Source: Octopus sinensis (taxonomy: Eukaryota). From it: 64,000 bases of DNA. Under the pieces are notes generated by a model that searched no databases, had not been told where the DNA came from, and was given only the letters and a program-made list of their open reading frames with translations. The DNA lies in NCBI RefSeq assembly GCF_006345805.1, contig NC_043000.1:54064001-54128000 (forward strand), written 5' to 3'. Positions 55,010 through 64,000 of this stretch are shown in pieces (within the stretch, counting starts at the first letter, position 1; each line of letters begins with the position of its first letter). The position numbers and the translations under genes are program-made.

Positions 55010-56030
55010 CTTTGGATGGAATTTATAAACACTTAATGCGTTGCTACACCCGTTTTCATAAATGACATGACACTTAAGATCACAGTCCATATTACTGAGA
55101 TGATCACAGCGTAGTCCGTAGTATTCGTGGACATCTTGTTGATCATCGCCATGATTCATTTCATCAGGCGATATAAGTCAGCATCATTAGACGGTGGCCG
55201 AGCTAATGCAATAGGCACTTTATTTTCATATTCAAAACATTTCTCATATAATAATTATATACTATATATATATATTTATATGTAGATAAAATTTGTTATG
55301 AGAAAAGTATATGGTATTACTCAGTCATTCAACTGTGAGTCCACGTGCATGTTACGGAAGAAACAGTTTTAAACTATTGAAATTTATAACACAATCGTTT
55401 ATTCGCTTGTGATCTCATTTTCTGCATACCGCTCTCTACTCGACGAACACGTCGTTCTGAAATATATGTGTACTAAGTTCTATGCCACATTATTACTCTC
55501 TGAATGCCGAAATTTATAACACTCACACACACACACACACACACAAATATATGTGTGTGTATGAGAGAGAGAGAGAAAGAAAGAGATACAGATTAGTAAA
55601 TCCAGGCAGATATCTAGAAAGCACTCGGTGGGTAAGCAAATTGGTTAACAACTTCAAAACAGCAGATACAATTAAATTCAAATAGAATTAATATCCAAGT
55701 TAATTCGTCGTGCATGATAAGCAAATCCAAATATCGCTTAGTAGAAATTCAAGAAACCCAGAGTATGTATTAGCATAAATTTGGGATATATGAGATTATT
55801 AATATTTAATACTTTATCATATATCTAAATATGTTGGCATAAGATACACGATCGCCTGCCTCGTAGAGGATATTTATCAAATAAAGTTGTGATTTACTCC
55901 ATTCTTGTTTATATAGGTCATATATATATATAGTTAATCCAAACAAGAAAACACAAAAAAACACAAAAACGCGAGGACGTGGAACAAATATAGTATTATT
56001 GGATGCTCAGGAAAGAAGGGAAGAAGTAGG

Positions 56031-56065
56031 GCTTAACGTTTCGAGCGGAGCTCTTCGTCGGAAAC
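56031..56065 (-). ncRNA. minimal hammerhead-like motif (Penelope-type)
   Basis: GTTT-CCGACGA-A-GAGC-TCC-GCTC-GAAAC-GT-T-AAGC. Confidence 0.55.
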
Positions 56066-56133
56066 ATAGGAGAAGGAAAGATCCAGAGAAGGGAAGACAG
56101 AGGAAAAAAAATCGCCGGCGGTACTCACGAGGT

Positions 56134-56167
<34 letters not shown>

Positions 56168-56593
56168 GGTGAGAAAGTTGGTGTGTGAAAGCACGTGGTT
56201 GGCTATATAGAAAATAGAAAAGAGTGAAAAAACCACAGAAGGCTTGTTTTATAAGGTTAAAGAATATATTTAAGTCGTTATATTAGAAAAATGTTATAAA
56301 ATTTTGCATATAGTAACATAGTTTTTAGGAGAAATTACCGGTTTCGTATTAACTTTTCCAATTTCTCAAATGACTTTACTTACATCGTCTCATGTCTTCG
56401 TTATGCAGTGTAAAGAAGAGTTCCAGGCAGGGGGAGGTAATAAGCGATTTCTTCCGGTATAAGTGAGATAATCGCTTTATATTCCTTTTCCCAATTTTTA
56501 ATGAGATGAGTTTCTCTGTATAAAAATGTTAGGATGGTTAAGTTCAGGCTTATATTTTTCAATGAAGAATATATATATATATATATGTATATA

Positions 56594-56660
<67 letters not shown>

Positions 56661-57299
56661 GTGTGTGTATGTATGTATGTTTAAGTTTCAAGGAAAGATC
56701 CGAGAAATAGTTACCAGTGTAACCAAATGTCACATTCACATTACCATCTTAATATATTTGTAACCAGACGTACATGGGTAATAATTCCAGGGAAAAAAAG
56801 TGAAACGTGTTTTGGAGGATATAAAATAAATGGAAAATAGACACAAACACACAAGATGTTATTTCGATCATTTATATCACCGACTTATATATATTTCGTT
56901 GGATACATTAAAATTAATCCGGGAAGAAAATAAGGTAGAATAATGCATCAATCTCATTAAGATGGAGATTATATATAACAGTGTTCATTAATAAGCCATG
57001 TTTACAAATGTAAGAAATTATAATATATAATATATAATATATAATGTATAAAAAACAAAAGTGGATAGACTACAATAGTAATTTTTTAAATACTGTTAAG
57101 AAATTTGATGTCATAAGTCGAGAGAGGAAGTGAAGTAAGAAAGAAAGAAAATTAAATAAGTAATGGAGGAGTAAACAAATAGAAAGGTGAATGACAAATG
57201 GATAGAAACAATGAAGGAACGAATGAGATGTGTGGATTGAAAAGTCAAAACTGCAGATATTATTTGAAATAGCTGAAAGTGTTTTTTTTTTCCAATTTA

Positions 57300-57620
57300 A
57301 ACACCTGTAAATACGTTCTTTATAGGTATTGATAAGTGTGTATTCGGAAAAATGATAAGCAGTTGTTCATCCATACAAAGAGGACAAACAAATTGCTCTT
57401 ATCATAAGAGAACGAACTTGACGAAATTTTCCAGTCTAAATTAAATTGTTTATTACAGTCTTGGAGGTGCCAAATTAGTTTGCCAAGACCCGTACTATTA
57501 CGTTTACTAATATATTTAAATGTAGAAACATGATTAGCTATGCGTTTTTTTAAATATATTGCAGTGGAGGAAAGGCCAACATAGCAAATTTCTTTAGTTT
57601 CTTGCATTCATAGACAACAT
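57300..57620 (-). mobile_element. Penelope-like element, GIY-YIG endonuclease fragment
   Basis: YVGLSS...KKRIANHVSTFKY...RNSTGLGKLIWHLQDCNKQFNLDWKI. Confidence 0.8.
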
Positions 57621-58142
57621 TTTTAATTTAGCAATTTCCATTGAGAACAGATGTTCGATTTGGATCACAATTACAAATAATATTGTTATTAATATTATTA
57701 TATTAGGAGTGATTGTTATTATTTATATTATTGATAATATAGTTATTAAATGACTCACTTTTACCGTTAAGAATATAATTGTTATGTGAAGAGATAATCT
57801 GTAGGAGATTATTAGTGTTGCAAAAACCAATTCTGATACTACGTGAGTTAGAAATAGAATGGGACCTCGAATTTTGGGGGAAGGTCTTTTCGATGACTTT
57901 AAGAATCAGGTAAGGAAGATCACTTTTAATTTGTTTACTCTATAGAATAAAAAGCCACATATTTTTATTAGGGCTATGGAATCTATAGGAAGATGTCTCG
58001 TTAAAAATTTGGAGTTGTTTCTAATTTTACAGACTTTATTCTTAAATTTACTATTATTAGCCTTTTGAATATTTCGATACAAGGTATTATTACTTCAATT
58101 AGTAGCTAAGGAAGATACATTATTATTGTTATTATAATTATT

Positions 58143-59637
58143 TTAAAAATGAAATATGGTCCGTTGTCTTCTGCTGAACCGGGGTCATCCCTTGACCCTA
58201 TGGTCACAGCATTTCACCATCTCATGGAGTGTACGCGACCTAAAATGTGTGCGGAACCCAGCAACACTATTTTCTGAAGTACTCCCACGTTAACACTGCA
58301 AAGGAATTTGTTGAGCCACTTATCAAGGCCCTTTTTAATTAGCCCTAACTCTCCAATCACCACTGGTGATGTGCTGCTTTTCATTCCTCACATCTTGGTC
58401 ACTTCTATTTCTAGGTTTTTGTACTTAAATAACTTCCCAACTTCTTTAATGGACACATCCTCTCTGATGGTACTGTCACATCTACCATTAAGCATATCCT
58501 ATTCTTCCCATCTTTGATGATTATGTCCGGGCTGTTTGCCTTGATTTCTTTATCAGTGTTGATTGGCATGTCCCACAGTACATTGACATCATCTTTTCCG
58601 CTCACAGTTTCAGGTTTATGCTCGTACCATCTTTCTGAATTTGGAAGGAGGTAGTGTTTGCATATCTTCTAATGGATATATTGCGCTACTCTATCGTGTC
58701 TATGAATATATTCGGTTTCTGCAGGCGCTGTGCATCCAGTTAAGATGTGGTCCACTGTTTCATCCTGCTCATGACACATTCTGCATTTCGGGTTAGTGCT
58801 ATCGTCCATTATTTTGTTGTGGTAAGCCCTGGTTGCCAAGCCTTGATCTTGTGCTGCTATGATACATCCTTCGGTTTTAGCCTTCAGTCCTGAGCTCTTC
58901 ATCCATACATGAATGTCTAGTTCTTTTTACGTCTACATGGTTCCCTGTACATGGGTATCGGCCATGCATCGATGTTTCTTGCCATTCTTTTTTGCTCTTC
59001 TTCTGGGCTTGTTTTTTCATCTCTTCCTTAACTCTTTTAGCAAACTGGATTACTTTCTCACTCGCCTTCATCCTAGGTTCCTCCGATATCAGTCGTTTCT
59101 TAACATGTACAGATTCTTTGTATACCGAGTATAGGTTCTTTACATTATCATGCTGGTACACAAGCTTCATTAGAGGATCTTTTGACAGGTCAAGATATGT
59201 ATTTAATCTTACAGTGGTGGTTTTGTAAGATAATTCTAATTGAGTTAGTCCTCTTCCACCCATGCTTCTCGGTAAATAAATCGTGTTCACATCCACTTTT
59301 GGGTGGTTAATTCAAGCCATGGTTAGTAGTTTTCTGTATTTGGAGTCTAGCTTCTTTATTTCGCTCATTTGCCAGTTGATTATGTTGAAACCGTTAGCTA
59401 CGACTGGTAATGCAAGAATGTTAATGGCTTCTATTTTGTTTGCATCGTTGAGTTCAGTCTTTGTTATTAACCGTACTCTCCTGGAGTACTCTTTTCTAAT
59501 CTACTTTTTCATTGCTGAATGTGATATGTCGTTACTTCCGTCTTTGCCAAGGTATTTATATGCTTCTTCCTGGTCCAGTGCTCGGATTCTTGCTTCTGTA
59601 TCTACTTGGATATCCGCAGAACATGTCAGTTTGCCTG
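58143..59637 (-). mobile_element. R4/Dong-clade LINE, 5'-truncated, with RLE and 3' UTR
   Basis: YKYLGK, IYLPRSMGGRGLTQLE, LKAKTEGCIIAAQDQ, CRMCHEQDETVDHILTGC, VLWDMPINTDKEIKANSPDIII...VDVTVP, QKIVLLGSAHIL; TAA-like repeats at both ends. Confidence 0.9.
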
Positions 59638-59672
59638 TTATTATTGTTATCATTATTATTATTATTATTATT

Positions 59673-59780
59673 GAGTGAGAGAGCAGTTCATGCCATCAAA
59701 GTGACACTGGGGTAAAATATACGAAGCCCAATATACCCATCATGACTACCCGTCTGATAAAGGTACACCAGGCACATGCA
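59673..59780 (-). mobile_element. TAA-flanked element copy F, 5'-truncated (3' 108 bp only)
   Basis: Matches the start of copy A on the plus strand; (ATT)n on both sides. Confidence 0.8.
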
Positions 59781-59870
59781 TTATTATTATATTATTATTA
59801 TTATTATTATTATTATCATCACCATCATCATCATCATTACCATCCTCCTCCTCCTCCTCCCCATCATCAT

Positions 59871-59902
<32 letters not shown>

Positions 59903-59925
59903 ACAGCAGCAGCAGTAGTATAACT
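59781..59925. repeat. (ATT)/(CAT)/(CCT)/(CAG) compound microsatellite
   Basis: Directly visible. Confidence 0.9.
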
Positions 59926-60370
59926 ACTATCAACATGATTATTAGAGGTTAAACTAAGATCAAGAAGGTTCTTAATTTGCTCCTTATACCCTGCTCTTAA
60001 CAAAGATAAATTATAGAAGTCAGCATTATTATTAAAAATGTTTGCATTAGCAGATTATTAAGACAGTCTAAGCGATATATTTTAAAGTAGATTTTTTTAT
60101 ATATTTTCAGGATGATTGCTAAAAAAAATTATATACTTTAGATTAGTTAATGTATTATGGTATGGGTAATACAAAGCTGTGTTTACGTTGAGTGTAAAAA
60201 AAGGAAATTAACTTTTGTTCTACACTGAAACAAGTAACAGATAAAAAATTATATATATATATATATACGAGTAAGTACATAAATGCGAGACAAGGTGCAA
60301 AACATACACGAATACTGAAGGTAGAGTATTATACATACTTTATTAAAAACTGAAAAAACCAAACAAAAAT

Positions 60371-60470
60371 CAGAGTTTCACGTTTCCGTTCGTCGGACAG
60401 TTGTGATGAACATTCTTGATCACAAAAGTTTTGATCACGACTCTCAGTCGAACGGGTCCGTGAAATTCTG
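60371..60470. ncRNA. inverted pair of hammerhead-core-like motifs
   Basis: Minus: CCGACGA-ACG-GAAA-CGT-GAAAC; plus: CAGTCGA-ACGG-GT-CCGT-GAAA; stems I and III are not convincing. Confidence 0.35.
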
Positions 60471-61359
60471 AGTCTTTTGTGATGTTCATTGCAGCCTTGA
60501 TAAAAAAAAATGTTGCTCTTGTGCTCGCACACATGACTCACACAAATATGCACATGGATGCATACATATGACAGAGTTAGATATATTAGTAAGCAGACAA
60601 AGACAGACAGATAGATAGGTACAAACATAGAAATGTATACAAAAATACGCAAATGCACATGCGTTTATGATGTCATCCAATTGTATATTTAGTAATCTTT
60701 ATTTCAAATTGTATTGTATATCAACTTATTCACATATGTAAAATGCTAGAATGTTCTCATATGTGAATGTATTGAATTATTTTGACACATAGGCTATTGT
60801 GAAACTGCTATTTTTATTCAATTCATTTCATGGACACTTGATCTCTCAAATGGCAGTATATCATTATGGGACATTTACAATATGTTAAACATATCATGCA
60901 CTCGTCAATTTTATCTTCTGTTCATTTCAAGCAATATTGTCCAGATCTCTATTCTCAAACGTATTTACCGCCGCTTTAATTTGATGATATCTAATATAGA
61001 TACGAGACCGCAATGTCACGTTCCAGCTTTCAATAATATTATTCCTAACATCACCTGGGCATTAAGCTCTCAATATATATTTATTGTACGTATCCTCCAA
61101 TTTTTTTTGCCAAGCGTTTACATTTGTTCCATGCCCTCTGTTCAAATATCTCTATCATTAATTTAGAATATTCTGGAAACCAAATGTATTATGTTCTCTA
61201 TAGAGTGACAGGTCCTTTTGATCATGTAATTTTATTGTACGTACGTAATTATGTATGTATGTAATGTATGTATGTATATAAATATATTTACTTATGTATG
61301 TGTATGTATGCATGTGTATGAACGTATGTATTTGTATGCCTGTATACATGTATGTATAT

Positions 61360-61807
61360 ATATATATATAATATAAAATCCGATCTGTCTGTGTGTGTGT
61401 GCCTTCTAGGATCTCGGGCATCCTCCATCCGATTACACTCAAATTTGATATGTAGATACCGAGGGTATCAGGTTGTGTATAAGTCTAGAAAAAATTACAA
61501 AAATCGATTCCAGGTGAGAATGCGATGGGAACGTGCATTTGTACGCGCAAGTACATCAGCTGTTGCGATGTATTTACTGGTACTTTAAACTCTTCGGTTG
61601 CACATTTGTGTGAATAAAATCGTTTTTCTGTGGAATAGAAAAAAAGTCTATCTTTATTTCTTCTTTTGATAGTGTCTCAAATTTAGGTTAAATCAATGTT
61701 TCTCAAAGGGGAGGCCTATGGGACGGTCGGCCATGTTGTTTTGAGAAAATTTGGTTTAAATGTTTGACAACTCAGTATCGTCCATTGGACGGGGGGTGTT
61801 TTGCTCG
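61360..61807 (+). mobile_element. short non-autonomous Helitron-like element
   Basis: tataaaatccgatctgtctgtgtg 5' region; 3' hairpin cgtcca-t-tggacg then CTCG|T (degenerate CTAG); lies in (TA)n. Confidence 0.55.
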
Positions 61808-61828
61808 TATATATATATATATATATAT

Positions 61829-62959
61829 ATCAACAATCAAGGAACGGCCATAATAGGCCATTCACCCACTAGAAATAACAGCCAAAGCTTCAACCGCAAA
61901 TAAAAGTCAATTCCGTAAACAGGAGAAAATTTAAAAAACATTTACCTACAAAATTTTTTTGCCACCCTATATTGATTAATTATGAATTTTCTGGTTAATT
62001 CCGTATTGGAATCGACGGCTTATATTTATTTGCTGCCGATAAATTTGGCGCGAGTGCGATGATTTGAAAATTTTAGGACAGATATTACCTTGGCAGGGTC
62101 GGAAATGCCTCGTGAAAATATCTGTTCCGACTTGTGGCTATTTCTTACTGAAGAATCTGAGGGCCTATGGAAGATTGGCTTGATTTAATTTAATCAGGTT
62201 AGTTTACCATTAAACAGCAGATGAAACGGTGCATCGTATAAGAAATTACAGTGTAAATGTTTTTTAAATTTTCTCCTGTTTACGGAATTGACTTTTATTT
62301 GCGGTTGAAGCTTTGGCTGTTATTTCTAGTGGGTGAATGGCCTATTATGGCCGTTCCTTGATTGTTGATGTTGAACTTAAAAATGGTCTATGACTATTTA
62401 ATTTTTTCCCACTACGCCGCTGGTGGCAAAAAAATTCTACAAAATTTTTTTTGCCACCCTATATTGATTAATTATGAATTTTCTGGTTAATTCCGTATTG
62501 GAATCGACGGCTTATATTTATTTGCTGCCGATAAATTTGGCGCGAGTGCGATGATTTGAAAATTTTAGGTCAGATATTACCTTGGCAGGGTCGGAAATGC
62601 CTCGTGAAAATATCTGTTCCGACTTGTGGCTATTTCTTACTGAAGAATCTGAGGGCCTATGGAAGATTGGCTTGATTTAATTTAATCAGGTTAGTTTACC
62701 ATTAAACAGCAGATGAAACGGTGCATCGTATAAGAAATTACAGGGTAAATGTTTTTTAAATTTTCTCCTGTTTACGGAATTGACTTTTATTTGCGGTTGA
62801 AGCTTTGGCTGTTATTTCTAGTGGGTGAATGGCCTATTATGGCCGTTCCTTGATTGTTGATGTTGAACTTAAAAATGGTCTATGACTATTTAATTTTTTC
62901 CCACTAGGCCGCTGGTGGCAAAAAAATTCTACAAAATTTTTTTGCCACCCTATATTGAT

Positions 62960-62963
<4 letters not shown>
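61829..62963. repeat. ~491-bp near-identical tandem repeat (x2.07) preceded by a 117-bp inverted copy
   Basis: Units start at 61946, 62437 and 62929; 61829-61945 is the reverse complement of 62254-62369; (TA)n on both flanks. Confidence 0.9.
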
Positions 62964-63012
<49 letters not shown>

Positions 63013-63121
63013 ACCTACATATGTGTTTGTGTATCTATCTGTCTACATATAAAATGGCGTGGCCCCACCATGGCCACAGCTCATGAGCTGAAACTAGATC
63101 AAATCAATCCAATCAATCAAA

Positions 63122-63159
<38 letters not shown>

Positions 63160-63469
63160 TGTACAGAGAGAGAGAGGGGGGAGAAAGGGAGAGAGAGCCG
63201 TATATATATTATACTTAATGTATATACCCTGTCAATAGGCCAGTCACTACAATATTATTCATGTGATGAAATTCTCGTTTCCTTGTTTTTAAGTTCTGGA
63301 CTTACTCTGTTAAAAATAGCACAGATGTCTTAGAGAGACGAATATTCGTCCTCGTTGTCTCCAGCGAGCGCTCTAGTTGCAATTAGGCATTTTAAAGCAT
63401 TTATAATAACTTGTACTTGCAGCCATCCACATCCTCGGACGAGAATTCTTCGTTTCTTTTTTTATATTA

Positions 63470-64000
63470 TTTACCAAGACCTATTCCCCATAAGATAGGG
63501 TAGCCACAAGACATACACCAGAAATTCCATTAATTTCCCAGCCCAAAGTGGTGAGCCCCGTCCTATGCTCGGGTCAAGGCATAGAAAGCAACCCTTGATA
63601 TCAACAGAGGGGCCCGACAGCATCTGCTAATTTACCTCCGCCGCTTCATGCTGCTTCCGTACCCTCATCCGTCGACAAACACTCTCCAAGCTTTCTTACC
63701 TTTAATGAATTCTCTTGCCTCTCTGACTCCAACATCTCTAACCACCAAGGCTTTCCTCACTCCATCCATCCACACAAACTGAGGCATACCTACCATTTCA
63801 GCTGCCTACCATTTCTGCCTTCATTGCCCGCCTTAACATCCACTCCTCATCCATCATCTCGATGTGGTGAAACCACCTCAACATACGTCTATTCTGGTAC
63901 ATATATTTTCTTTCATTTCTGCTCGCCTTCGCACCTCCTCATTCCTCATCCTGTCCATCCGTGTCACACCAACCATAGCTCTCAAGCATCTCCTCTCAAA
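63470..64000 (-). mobile_element. RTE-family LINE 3' end (runs off the window)
   Basis: FERRCLRAMVGVTRMDRMRNEEVRRRA...LRWFHHIEMMDEE...VWMDGVRKAL. Confidence 0.8.

Noticed and set aside
59935-60003. Additional Dong fragment (LRAGYKEQIKNLLDLSLTSNN)
   Set aside because: Too short and diverged to support

Overview
AT-rich, microsatellite-dense eukaryotic DNA. The SINE types, R4/Dong, RTE and Penelope remnants and TA/ATT/AAG tracts fit an octopus-like cephalopod genome (inference only). I can support no intact protein-coding gene, rRNA, tRNA gene or CRISPR array; most ORFs in the track are microsatellite read-through or decayed transposon frames. Mobile DNA seen: a near-full-length decayed L1/Tx1 LINE (4.3-8.9 kb), three R4/Dong fragments abutting (TAA)n, two RTE LINEs, a Penelope GIY-YIG fragment, two mariner remnants, about four SINE families and several non-autonomous Helitrons. 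Most notable structures: (i) a 129-bp insertion in the L1/Tx1 element that forms a perfectly excisable GT-AG intron; (ii) a ~544-bp non-coding element with a fixed 5' end that sits in (TAA)n like Dong; (iii) a head-to-tail 3.15-kb Helitron dimer carrying an inner opposite-strand Helitron dimer; (iv) two 'inverted copy + tandem copies' insertions in (TA)n; (v) four minimal hammerhead-like motifs with variant cores; (vi) a candidate, probably broken, small Cys-rich secreted-protein gene at 10.9-14.5 kb. All alignments and identities were judged by eye, and TE boundaries are approximate.
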